Below are positions 17,686 to 33,164 of a DNA stretch of 64,000 nt, piece by piece. Origin of the DNA: the human T2T-CHM13v2.0 reference genome, Homo sapiens. Below the pieces are notes generated by a model. It saw only the letters and a program-made list of their open reading frames with translations. It was not told the origin of the DNA and did not search any database. The first letter of the stretch is position 1. Every line of letters starts with the position of its first letter. The stretch lies in NCBI RefSeq assembly GCF_009914755.1, contig NC_060934.1; one strand, 5' to 3'. The position numbers were made by a program, and so were the translations under genes.

Positions 17686-18164
17686 TAAGTGACTAATGCT
17701 ATATCTATAAGAGGCTCATAGACATGGAATTTCTCTCTAGATACAGAAATGAGTTATTTTCAAAATATACAGGGTACCCTCAGAAATGGAAACATTAGAA
17801 GCTCTCAGCAGTAAAGTAATCAGAAGTCAGGAAAAGCAGAGTCAAAAAGTTGATACAACATATTTTGAACATTTTGTTTCAATTCCTTTCATAAACAAAA
17901 AATTCATTCACTAATCTTTGGATATTGGGTCATGATTGGAGTTCTATGTTATTTTTCTTGGTTAATCCACATCCAGATTTCCTGCTTCCATTTCTTAAAG
18001 AGGATCAGGACCTTATTGGAGCTTGTGAAAAAACCTGAATGCAAAATCATTCTAGAAATTTTTACTGTACTCTTCAAATCTCTTATCACTATGCCACACC
18101 TAAGTACTCATCCCTCTTCCTTTTGTAATTTGCTTGTTCATGTTGCTTTTTAAAAAGCTTTATA

Positions 18165-18820
<656 letters not shown>

Positions 18821-18960
18821 TATATTTTTTTTAACATTACTTACTTTTATGGGTCCATATAGCGATCAACTTAGTTTTCACAGAAATACCATTCTTTGTT
18901 TAGCATTCATATTACATCGGTTTAGGCAATATTTCATTAAATCACAAAATTACAATAGCA

Positions 18961-19240
18961 TCCTGGCACTTTGGGAGGCCAAGGCAGGCAGATCACCTGA
19001 GGTCAGGAGTTCGAGACCAGCCTTGCCAACATGGTGATATCCTGTCTCTACTAAAAAAAAAAAAAGTACAAAAATTAGCCAGGCATGGTGGTGGATGCCT
19101 GTAATCCCAGCTACTCAGGAGGCTGAGGTGGGAAAATTACTTGAACCAGGGAGGCGGATGTTGCAGTGAGTCGAAATACACCACTGCACTCCAGCCTGGG
19201 TGACAGAGCAAGGCTCTGTCTCAAAGAAAAAAACAAAAAT
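18961..19240 (+). mobile_element. 5'-truncated AluS
   Basis: TSD TACAATAGCA. Confidence 0.9.
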
Positions 19241-22200
19241 ACAATAGCAAAGTACAACTGGCATAAACTGGACTGTAACCAAACACCACTGTAAGCATGC
19301 ACCTGACCTAGTAACAGCCAAGTATACAAATTTATTAAGATGATAGCTATTTCCCACAGCGGTCTCTGTGTCTGAGCAACCACCAGGATGTGGTTCAGAG
19401 GAGGAGAGCATTGGTTAATCCAATGAGTTGTTTCAGTGTTGGGCAGTATTTCATTAAGCAGAACAGAGTCACATGCATGTAGAGGGGCAGAGAGGTGATA
19501 AGTGTCTATTATATGACCCAACACAGCCTCAACTGGTTCCCAAGAGGAAGTTCTCTACGTGTCTTCAAAAAGAGGCAAGGATGTGCTGCCATAAAGATAG
19601 GTATATCCTCTGCCTCTATAAAAGCTTTACCGTGCTTTACCATCTTTCAAGAAGCAACTCCAATGGGCCCTCCTCTACAAAGTCTTCCCTAACCCTCAAA
19701 TCTTCACAGTGCCTGCCTGCTCTCTCTTCTTCCTTTTAATTCCCAAAGTACTTATGCATCTCTTATGGTAGTTTGAATCGGTATGATAGCTAGCCATACA
19801 ATGTCCTCTCTTCCATACCAGGATGTAAGCTGCATCAGAGGCATGTTCTGTGTCTTTACACGTCCTGCTGTCACCAGCACCAGAAAAGAGATGCTCAAAA
19901 CACAGTCTTCACACAAATCCTTATACAAATCTTTTAATAAGAAGTAGAAGTTCAATAAATATTCATTAAATTAATAAATGAATGAGCACACTAATTAAAT
20001 AATTAATTAATTTCATGCAACATCTTACCTGGCTACAGCAATTAACCCTACTCGTCAATGCGCGGTAAATGAAGGAAGGATATGTATCTGATGGGGCACA
20101 GTGGTGGGTGAATGAAGAAAAAAAAATCAGCTACTCCAGGTGCCTAGCATGCATCAGAAATTGTGACTGTTCCCCAAATGTTCAACAGACACCACCTTCA
20201 AACAGGACATTGTTAGATAATGACACTTTCTGATGTCCTTTGATGTAGAGCACATTAAAAATATTATCAGAGGGAAAATCTTTCTGTTCAAAATCCCCCA
20301 ACCTCTTCAACTGTGTATTTAGTTTTCATCAATTAAATTATTATATCATTTCAATGGGTCACTTTTTATATACACTGGAAAGGTACTCATAAGAAAATAG
20401 CTTCCAAATTGGCAATTTTTAAAAGCAAAGCAACTGGTTAGGTGAGGAATGCATAAACAACCCCAAAAGCGGCACTGAATACTTTTCTTTGGCTGTATAC
20501 GACTGAAAAACTGCCAAGTTCATTTCGATAAGCCTTTGTTAAAAACAATAAACATGCCTGAGCTTGCAAACTATGCTGTTTTGAAGAAAAAGCAATTGAG
20601 AGAATTAGAAAATGCTTAAAACTGGAATGTCTAATAGTCTATGAATATGGAGGAAAGTGGGGGACAAAATGTAAAGTGAGACAAAATAACAACAGAACAC
20701 CATCTTCATAAATAAATAAAAAGCAACATCTTATAAACTAATTTAATTAGTCTCCAATACTAACATGGTACCACTAACACTCTTAAGAAAACAAATCATC
20801 CCGTGCTTCAAGTTTAGTCACCAAGGTGATCTCCCTGCAATAAAGGAAATGTAATTTCATTGACTCCAAATGAACATATATTAAATAACCAAATGTGGGA
20901 ACTGCAATTCACTTACAGTAAAATGTCAGCTCATAAAAGTCAAAGTAACTTCACCTGAATTTGTTTTTTTTTTGTTGTTGTTGTTGTCGTTTTTAGTTTT
21001 TTTTTTTTTTCCATGATTATAAGATTCTCAGAATTGCAGGATTGGAAGGAAGATAGTTTGGATCACTTATGTTTATTTTCCTGCTTAGGTAAAACTGAAA
21101 TTCTCTTGTACCTGCCTAAGAAATCCTGGAAAAATTCTAGTGAATAAATTGCAACTTGAGCTCTATAGGATCAAAGTTCTTTGTTTTGTTCATTGACATA
21201 TCCCAAATGCCCAGAACAGCACTAGGCATACAGTAGGCACTCAATAAATATCTGCTAAATTGAACTAAATTGAAAAATATGCAGTGCAATGCAATGTTAA
21301 ATAAGTCACTTTGAAACTCCTTTCTTAGCTTTGTTTTGGTCATAGTATTAATCACAATAAACAAACAGTCCTCATATAAAACACTTCAACACTATAATTC
21401 ATGTTTTTACTTCTGATCGATCATTACCATAGAGGGTGCTGAGAATCAGAAAAGACTCCAAGGAAAGATGGGGGTAGAGTTACTCCCATCTATTTGGACT
21501 AATTTTCTTCTTCTGGGCATTCACCTGAGAAGTATCTGTATATCCATAATATAAAAATAATTTAAAATATTACTTAAAATTAAAGGTTTGCACCTTTAAA
21601 AATTGTGCCACAAAAGCAATTTGATTAAATCAACCTCTCATCTATTTCAGAATCCCATCAGTTAAAAAAAAAAAAAACATAAAAAATAAGAACAGGAAAA
21701 TGATGTGATTAGGTGATGCTAGTCATATTATTTTTGCTCAAAATGCCTAGAGGCAATATGCCTTGGAAAACTGAGTTAGGTGGGAATGAGAAGATCTGGA
21801 TTCTAGTGTTGATTCCATCACCAGTTAACAGTATGAATTCAGCCAATCCTTGCCAATCTGGATCTGAGCTTCCTGGGCTGTAACGTGAAGAGTTTGAATT
21901 TAGTAGATGGTCTCCAAAGCCTTTCAGTTTCAAAGTTTCTCTAAACCCTGTAATTATAAGTGACTAAATCCAGTTCACCTAATTACTACCACTACTCTTT
22001 TACATCCTTCATTTCTTCAGCAAACATCCGGTCACCTTGGGGGCGCAGGGGGTGGAGGATGTCAAACACCATTAGCCACAGTTTGGCACGACATTTATGG
22101 AGGGGGAGCGACAAACAATGCAAGGGCAGCTAGCTGATGATTTTAACTGTTAGCGAGCTTACACCTGTGGAGCGAATGTGTTTCTGAATTTGAAAGGCCG

Positions 22201-22332
22201 GAAGATTTTCCCCCTGGGCTAAGCTGGTGACGCCGCGGGAGTGCCTAGCTCTGAGCAAAGAACCAGGTAGGATGAACTAATTAGAGGCTCTTCAAAAGGA
22301 GAGTGTTTAACCAGTTTCCTGGCAGGACTCAC

Positions 22333-22676
<344 letters not shown>

Positions 22677-23019
22677 AGTATAAGAGGTTTAGAATGCTGA
22701 TGTGTGAAAACGGAAGACTAACCAAATAGCCCCAGGACTTACTGAAATTGTGCTTCAAAATTTTGTTACGAACGCTTTTCCGAGTCCACAATACAGGTAT
22801 CACTGGTTTATTTGTGGACAAGAAGCAACTGAGAAATTGAGTTCAATCCACTGAAAGCCGGTGTGTTTTTAATATAGCACACACGGGAAATAAATATTAT
22901 TGTCTGAGGTGGGGGACGGGGAGAGATTTTTAAAATGTACTATAAACATAAAATCCAGAAGAAAGATGGTCTCTATTCCACCGAGAAGTCTGCATTTGAA
23001 AACCACAAGAGATGGAGAT

Positions 23020-24010
23020 CAAAGCCGCTCGTTCTCCAGCCACCTGCCCAAAAACTCGGCCGCAGCGCAGACCCAACCCAGACAGGGCAAGTGAGCACGT
23101 GTCTCCCTCCCAACCCAAGCTGCGCGCCGACGCACCCAAGTTAGGGTCCCAGGCTCCCGGCGCGGGATGGGCGCTAGGGCAGCGGAGAATGGAGGGTCCC
23201 CGTCCTCCTCCAGCTCCAACGACAGCGCCAGCGCCCCGCCGTCCCGCCGCCCTTCCTTGAAGGATGCCCGTGTCACCTGAGCCACCGCGCCCTCTGCACA
23301 ACCGTGTCAGGGAGAGGGAAGAGGGGGAGCCGAGGAAGCTTCTTGGCCAGGGCGCTGGGGATCCGGGAGCGGGGGCCGCCGGCGAGACTGAGCCCGGGAC
23401 AGCCCAGAGCTCCAGCGCTCCAGCGCTCTGCAGCCCGCCCAGAGCGCGCAGACCACCCCCATGCCCCGCCCGCCCTCCTGCCACACCCGCCCCCAGCCCG
23501 GCCCCGCCGCCTCCTCACCTCGCCGGGACCACTGCAGCCCTGGCGGTAGCGCGCGGACATGCCCCCGGGGCGCACCCGCCGAGCCGCGTCCCTGCGCAGT
23601 GGCCCCTTCCCGGGCCCCAGGCTGCGCGATCCGCGCTTCGGTGGGGCGGGGAGCGGACTGGGCGGAGGCGCCGGCGAGGCTGGGGGCCGGGGGCCTAGCT
23701 GGCAACGCCGGGAGAGGGAAGCGTAGCGCGGAAAATCCCAGTGCTCGGCCTTCGAAATGCACCGGCTCATTCAGCCCCGCCAGCTCCGCCGGGGACTCTG
23801 CCTGGCCGGCAAAGAGGATTTAGCGCGGGGATCCGCTCTAAGTACTGTGGCTTGGCTAGGGGCGAGGGGCGCAGCGGAGGAGGGACGTCTCGCGGTTATG
23901 TAATGCACCGGCTTTCTGTGTCCCCAGCCAAACCGCTCTAGGACTGCCGGACCCTCCCCGGGAAGAGCCATGACCCCTGACCTCGGCAAGCCGAGGGGAG
24001 CTCGGTGTTC
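23020..24010. promoter_or_regulatory. SLC16A12: CpG island / TATA-less promoter of the minus-strand gene
   Basis: About 1 kb of very GC- and CpG-dense sequence in a CpG-depleted window. GC boxes GGGGCGGGG (23643-23651) and TGGGCGGAG (23659-23667). Gene identity is from recall, not a search. Confidence 0.9.
23519..23640 (-). other. SLC16A12: Non-coding first exon (5' UTR); TSS approximate
   Basis: Minus-strand donor GAG|GTGAGG after 23519, followed by G-rich intron start. Lies just downstream of the GC boxes. Sequence ...GGGGGCATGTCCGCGCGCTACCGCCAGGGCTGCAGTGGTCCCGGCGAG matches my recollection of the SLC16A12 5' end. Confidence 0.75.
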
Positions 24011-24159
24011 CCAAAAAGAACTTTTCCCCTCAGGGTCAAAGAGCAAGATCTCGAGAAAAAATACAAGGCCTCCTTTAGGTGTATCTGGCAGGGATCCGGA
24101 CCCTGCTAGCCAATCCTTCCCATTTCACAGCACAGGAAACTGAAGCTCCAGAATGCTAG

Positions 24160-24350
24160 TGAAAAGCGTTATCTCTTGGAGTCAAAAGGACCTGGGTTCA
24201 ACGCATCTGAAAATCTCATAACCTTGGGCAATTTAACTCTCTGAGCCTCACTTTTGCTTGTAAAACAAAGGATGATAGCGCCCACTTCATGTTGTTGCTG
24301 CGAGTATGAAATGAGTGAGGTGTAGGCGCCCGGTACATAATACAATTCCC
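24160..24350. mobile_element. MIR
   Basis: ACCTTGGGCAATTTAACTCTCTGAGCCTCAC. Confidence 0.7.
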
Positions 24351-24626
24351 CAAACGTTGACTCAAAGCCTGAAAAGGGAGCTGCCAGGACGTACCCCACG
24401 TAGGACAGGTTCCAGGCGAACTTTCTGTAAAGTCCTCTCCTTGTCAGAAGCAAGGCCTCTGAACTGACAAGGTCTGGTTCCAATATCTTGGAGCCTACGT
24501 CCTCACTTCTTCAAGAGTGGCCCGTAGACCAACAGCGAGGTCATCACCTGGGTGCTTGTTAAAAATGCGGAATCTCAGGCCCAACCGCGGATCAGAATCT
24601 GCATTTTTTGCAAGATTCCCTGGTGA

Positions 24627-25188
<562 letters not shown>

Positions 25189-26096
25189 TAAATAGTCTAG
25201 TATAGTCCTTTCTCATTTTACCCTCTGGCTATTTTTAGTCATCCCCCTCCTCTCAGTTTCCTGCCCTTTAACTATAAATCTGAATTTAAGTCCTATTTTC
25301 ACTTGCAAAAAACCCTAGGTTAGATTTAAGTGATGATTAGTGAATAAATGTTCAAAACTCACAAAAGAAAGAACAAATACAGCTTGTAAAAGAATTCATT
25401 AGCATTGAAAATGAACCTGTAAATGTAGAGGCTGCCATGAGTGAGCCCTGACCTCTCAGCCGTGAAGGTCTTTAGGTTAAAGGCTTGAATACCTTTGAGT
25501 TTCAGAAAAATGCTTCTTTCAGTTAAACATTGCTTTGGGTGGCAAATAAGTCTCACTTTCCATTTAAATAATGTAGGACAACAGTTTTTAAAGTTTTGGA
25601 GACTAGGACACCGCACAAGGCTTCCTTTCGTCTAAGTCACCACTTACAGGGGGCTCTAGCAAAGACCAAAGCTAATACTGTGTTTATTCTATTCAATGCT
25701 GTGTCACTGATGTTGTTGTTTCATTAGAAGTTCAGATTTTGTGTGTCTGATTCTATCTCTGGCAGGATGATTTTCATCCTTTACGAGTTCAGTAATTGTG
25801 GGTTGATGATGGTGATGGTGAGTGCAATGCGTATAGGCAGTGCCGGATACAGACGGGTCACTTCTGTGTGCCTACCCCTTTGGGGTTCCACGCTCAAGAC
25901 CTGACATAGCTGCTGACAGGCAGCATGGAAGTGGAGAAAGGGAGATGCACAAAGCAAAACAATCTCCTTTCACTGAGGCTGGAGGATTGGGGGTGGAGAA
26001 TGTTGGACTGCTATCGCTGTGCAGAAGAAAAGCAAAGCAAAGGAACCCTAGAATCCAACCTAGGAGGAAAGGGAAGGAGCAACATTTCTTCCAAAT

Positions 26097-26376
26097 AGCA
26101 CTGTCCAACAGAATTTTCTACAGTGATGGAAATGTGCTATGTTTGCACAGTCCCAACACGGCTATAAAATATGGCTATTTACATTTTAGTTAATTAATTA
26201 TAATCGTAATTAAAATTGAGGTTTCTTGTGTGTGTTTTGCTTTTTTCTTTTTTACTACTAGTCTGTTGCACTAATCACCTTTCAAGTGCTTCACTCCAAG
26301 ATGTGGCTAATGTCTACCATACTGGATAGCACTCAAAACGTTTTCTTCATCACAGAAAGTTCTACTGGACAGTGAC
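26097..26376. mobile_element. MER3/MER33-type hAT MITE
   Basis: Inverted ends CACTGTCCAACAGAATTTTCT ... AGAAAGTTCTACTGGACAGTG. Confidence 0.75.
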
Positions 26377-26624
26377 GCTTAGAGGCCAGGATTTTGGTAA
26401 AGAAATGAGCCCAGATACCCAGCTTTTCCAAGTCATAGTCAGAACTTCATCTGTCTAAAAGCAAGTAATAGAATGAAAATTAAACCTACATCGAGGCTTT
26501 GTGATAATCAAAATGAGTTAATCTATAGAATGTATTTAATTCAATGCCTTGCATATTATACATGTGTAAAAAATATTAATCCTTATTAGTATTAATAGTC
26601 TTTTACCTTAAAAATATTGGGGAA

Positions 26625-27052
26625 TGACAAAGATTTTTTTCCTTGGCCAAACTTTAGTCAGGCTCCTGAACTTTCTCCTAAGACCATGTGTGTATTTCCT
26701 TGTAAATTCCAGTTTATCAAAGAACCCGGCAAAATCAGTTTGGCAATAACGTCCCTTCCCATTGACAACTGATCACCCAAGGGTTCCTCATCCTCCACTG
26801 TCCTCCAGGTGATATCTAATCACCTTGGCCTGTCTTTAGTAAGAATCCTGTTAGGTCGATTTAACTAGAGTCCCATATCCTGTTTCTTGGCTATAAATTC
26901 CGATTTTCCTCTGCTGTATTCATAGTGGAGCCCCATCTCTCTACCCTACTGCAAGTCTTCGTTGTAGTGGTCCCTGTATCTGTCTCAATGGTCCTGAATA
27001 GTCTTCTTTACCATGCTGTAACAAGTGACATTGAATATTTTTTTTCTTTAAT
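26625..27052 (+). mobile_element. MER31/MER67-like ERV1 solo LTR
   Basis: Start TGACAAAGATT...CTTGGCCAAACTTTAGTCAGGCTCCTG; internal CTATAAATTCC. Confidence 0.7.
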
Positions 27053-27676
27053 AGGGACATGGCATTAATGGTACATCATTATTAGTTAAGTAACCTTTCG
27101 CTGATGTGGTCAGCTGATCTGGTACCTCCACATGCATTAATAGTTGTGTTCTAACTTTCTCCCTTCCTCTTCTTCCCTACTCAGAATTGAGTACTATTTG
27201 TACTTTTCTGGCCTGGAGGCACAGAATATTTTGTCAAATCCCTACCATTTGTAGCCAATAAATAACACGTGTGTTAACTAAAATCCTATTGCACCATGGT
27301 TCAGTGGAATTAATTTTCAGATAGGATTCTGAGAAGCCTGACACCTTAGGGTACATCCATTATGAAAAGAATTGTTTGTTCCTGTTATTTGGTCAAACAA
27401 GAATGTGTGGACTCAGTACAGAAAAAAAGGGAACATTGGCTACAGATAAGTAATATTTGGGGTGTCCAGGTCAAGATAGAAGCTACTGGAAGGTTGGGGG
27501 TTGAGGATGAAACCTTAAGGCTTTTGCCTAAATAGAATTTGAAATTTTGTTCTCATGACTAATTAAGATTTTAGGACTAAATACAAACAGCATAAATAAG
27601 ATGCAAGTATTTTACGTAGTCAGCTGTACAGATTAGGGCAATACATGGACAAGGAAATAGTGAAATTCTTCCTTAG

Positions 27677-28309
<633 letters not shown>

Positions 28310-28746
28310 TAGCCCCTATTTCCACTGTCCTTTCTTAATGTATATCTCCATCCCAGCCTCATGACTGTAGCTAATACCTGCTGTCAACGGCAGTGCGTTT
28401 CCAGTTCTGACCTCCCTCTGAACTCCAATTCTTGTTGCCAGATAGCCAGTGAATATTTTCACTTGCATTCTCCCTACACCATCACTTGGAGATTTTAAAA
28501 TATCAGGAACTCAAGTCATCACTACAATCTGCTCTTAGATCCCAACAACTCTCTTCTCCGATGTCACTTAGTCTCTGGAGCTAACATTCTCTCATTTACT
28601 ATGACTCAAAGCTATGTCATCATTTTAACCCATTTATCTTTCTGGAGTCATGGTATAACTGAAAGGCATTGAATTTGAAATCAGAAAACCGAAGTAAAAA
28701 ATCTCATTTCTACCACTTCTTACCAAGACAAACTAAGCAAATTTCT

Positions 28747-29055
28747 TTTTTTTTTTTCCCTTTTTTTTTTTGACAAGGAGTCTCACTCTATTGCCCAGGC
28801 TGGAGTGCAGTTGTACAATCTCGGCTCAATTTAAGCTCTGCCTCCTGGGTTCATGACATTCTCCTGCCTCAGCCTCCTGAGTAGCTGGGACTATAGGTGC
28901 CCACCACCACGCCAGGCTAATTTTTTTTTTTGTATTTTTAGTAGAGAGGGGGTTTCACTGTGTTAGCCAGGATGGTCTCGATCTCCTGACCTCGTGATCC
29001 GCCCGCCTCGGCCTCCCAAAGTGCTGGGATTACAGGCGTGAGCCACCACGCCTGG
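28747..29055 (-). mobile_element. AluY-like
   Basis: GTTAGCCAGGATGGTCTCGATCTCC; TSD GCAAATTTCTT. Confidence 0.9.
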
Positions 29056-29144
29056 CTGCAAATTTCTTAACATCCCACCTCTCGAGCCTCAGATTTCTCA
29101 TCTATAAAATAAAATCACCAGTACTATTCAAAAAACATGGATTG

Positions 29145-29440
29145 AGGATGGGTATGGTGGCTCATGCCTGTAATCCAACATTTTGGGAGGCTAAGACCAG
29201 AGGATCACTTGAGGCCAGGAGTTCTAGACCAGCCTAGGCAACATACTGAGACCCCGTCTCTACAAAAAAATTTTAAAAATTAGCTAGACATGGTGGTGAG
29301 CACCTGTAACCCCAGCTACTTGGGAGGCTGAGGTAGGAGGATCTCTTGAGCACAGGAGTTCGAGGCTGTTATCGTGTTACAGCACTCCAGCTTGGGCGAC
29401 AGAACTAGACCCAGTCTCTAAAAATAGAAAATAACAAATA
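29145..29440 (+). mobile_element. AluJ-like
   Basis: Diverged Alu. Confidence 0.9.
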
Positions 29441-29489
29441 AAGGGTTGAGCAGCTACATATCCCAGTTTCTGTGCTAATTAGGTTAGAC

Positions 29490-29660
29490 CCTCAAGGTCT
29501 GCGCTACTGATATTTTAGGCCTGACAATTCTTTGTTGTGGGGCTCCCCTGTGCATTGTAGAACATTTAGCAGCATCTTTTGTGTTTGCCCATTAGGTGCC
29601 AATAGTAATGCCCTAGTTGTGACAATCAAAATTTTTTTCAGATATTGCCAAATATTTCCA
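29490..29660. mobile_element. MER20 (hAT-Charlie), truncated
   Basis: AATTCTTTGTTGTGGGG...GTGCATTGTAG...TTGTGACAATCAAAA...CAGATATTGCCAAAT. Confidence 0.8.
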
Positions 29661-30124
29661 CTAGGTTAGGTTGTGCAAACTTTTATGTCATTTTTTTCTG
29701 AAATATGTGTTTGATATTATTATTTTGTGTCTCCAAATTAAGTTTTCTAATATTATTTAATTTTCATAATATTAAGAGCAATTCTTTGGAGGAAGGATTG
29801 TGAGGAAATTTATTGATATTTTTTTAGTTCCTGTGATATCCCAGGGGCGATAGTGCCTTTCTCTCCGGGTGCTTTGAGGATTACATGAGATGACAAATAC
29901 GAGAGTGGCGGGCACAGCCTGACCCAGGTCACTGTTTGAAGAATGTGGATGTCTACTCATTCATGAAGCTCTGTGAAGGTGAGGTGTTCTCTGAAGATCA
30001 CAGGTAGAAGACTATTTTTACAAAAATATTCAATTTAGATCATATTGTTATGAATTATTATTATATGCTAACAAATATTATTTTTGAATTTAAACAACAA
30101 TAAAGCAAATTTCTTCTGTTATAT

Positions 30125-30449
<325 letters not shown>

Positions 30450-31189
30450 TAATAGTTTTATCTCCCTATCTATTGTCACTGATCTCCAGACTCATCTTCC
30501 GTCATGCATGGCTCACTAGAACCACTATACTTCCATTACTTTAGCCTCTCTCCCCGCCCAACTATACAGCTAATTTCTTGACACTGTGCCTTATATTCTT
30601 TCTACTGGAAACTCTGGCCATTCCTATTCCCCATATTTACTTCATCGAAATGGGACTCTTTTGCCTGTTGGTTGGCCAAAGTCCTCTTCCAACAGCCTCC
30701 TATCCACCCTTCATTATCATGCTTCTCAACACTAATGGGCACCCTCTGTTACATCCTCATTCTTGTTCTGTGAAGTCGCCATGCACATTCCTACCCCTGT
30801 TCTTTCACCCATACTCTTTCCCATGTCTGGGCTACCCCTTCCTTTCTGTCTTCTGCCTACGGAGATCTAACAGCATCATTGAAGGTCCAATTCAAATCCC
30901 AACTTCTAGTGATATCTGTAACTTCCCTTGAAAGGCATTTACAAAAGATGCTTAATGGTTAGAGAGAAGGATGGACAGATGGATAGTTATATGATAAAGC
31001 AAATTTAGTAAATTTTAAATCTAGAATCTAGGTAGAAACATATAGGTGTTCACTGGATAATCTTTTTGACTTTTTTTCTGTTTCAAATTGTCATAATAAA
31101 ATAAAAATAATTTAAAACTTAAAAATAAAACAAACATCCCAGTTTATTCACAAAGCCTTCCCATCCAACTCTAGTGATAGTCATTAAGA

Positions 31190-31740
<551 letters not shown>

Positions 31741-32649
31741 AGAAAATACAAATGCTCCTCCCTTGAATGCCTAGAGTGTAAGCTATTTGACGGCAGTAAC
31801 TCTGTCTCATTTACCATTCCCACTATGTCCACAGAGTAGAAACTTGAGCTTTGTAGAATGAGTAAATGTTCACCGTATAACACCTTTGTTGTTTACCTCT
31901 GTTGCTCTTCCTCTGGGAGACTCATTCAGTTGGTATTTCTGAAGCATCTACTATGAACAAAGGAGCAGCCATGAGCAGAACCATTATGGCCCCACACCTA
32001 ACCCAATACTTTATCCCTGAAATCAAGTTTCTCTAGCTGAGTGCTGCTGTGCAGGTTGGTGGTTCTCTGACCGTCTAAGGCTTCTTCTGAGAATATATTT
32101 GGAGTAGAAGTATATGTTTAAGTGGAGAATAGACAAAAGAGAAGAGTTACTGGTGCTGTCTCCCAACCAGATGTGGAGTATGAAGAAAAGGAGGTGATAC
32201 ATTCCCCATGGTCTGACCCACAGACTTTATGACCTACCCTTTTTGGATCCCATTGGATCAGTTCGATCTACTGGTTTTAATAATGTTGAACTTGGTTTTC
32301 CAGTTAATTTATTCAAAATCTTTTCAAATGACTGTTCAAACTTTTATCTCATTATTTTCTGAAGTATGTATTCAGTTTTAATATTCTGTTTCTCCAAATT
32401 AAATTTAAATACAATTATTTAATTTTCATAATATTAAGAGCAATTCTTTGGAGAGAAGGTTGTGAGGAAATTTATTGAAATTTTTTAGTTCCTATGATAT
32501 ACCAGGCCCTGTGTATGTATTATTTCATTCCGTTCTCATAATACCTGTTTCCAATTGAGAAAAAATGGCTCAGAGTGGTTAAGTGAATTGCCCAATATCA
32601 GGCAAGTAGTAAACAGTGTCTGTTTATGAAACCAGGTCTGTCTAACTCT

Positions 32650-33155
32650 GGGGTAGATTGATTGTAAAAATAGCTGGGGTTTTCTCTACCACCCCTGTTT
32701 TCATATCCTTTGCAATATGACTTTGTAGCTCATTCCACAAAGAACCAGGCCTATCTCCATACTCCTTAAGTCAGGCATCATCTTATGATTGCTTTAGCCA
32801 ATAGGGAAGAGAAATGATAGTGGGCCAATTCTGAGTCTAGACCTTAAGGGGTTATACCTCCATCTGGCTCTCTCTCAAATCCTGCACTGCTATGAGAACA
32901 AGCCTCAAATGGCCTGCTGGATGAGAGGACATTTGGGGCCAACCTGAGTCACCCCAGTTGAGCCCAGCCAAGACCAGCAAAGCTATCCCCTCAGCAGGCT
33001 GCAGGTGCACAAGTGAGCCTACTGAGACCAGCTGAGATCAGCAGAACCACCCAGGTAACTTACACACTCATGCACAAACAAAAATGTTTATCATCATAGC
33101 CACTGAGGTATGATGATTGTCATGCAGCATTATTTAATCAAGAAATAACTAATAT
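32650..33155 (+). mobile_element. MLT1H-like MaLR LTR
   Basis: CTTTGCAATATGACTTTGTAGCTC...TTGCTTTAGCCAATAG...CATGCAGCATTAT. Confidence 0.7.
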
Positions 33156-33164
33156 AAATTCACA

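Noticed and set aside
23020-24010. Alternative gene identities such as GPR156 or LPAR3 with similar long first introns
   Set aside because: The exon-1 sequence and a 140-nt second exon about 1 kb away fit my recollection of SLC16A12 better; BLAT would settle it.
22900-24046. Many overlapping Pro/Ala/Arg/Gly-rich ORFs
   Set aside because: Expected from stop-codon scarcity in a CpG island; no recognisable domain.
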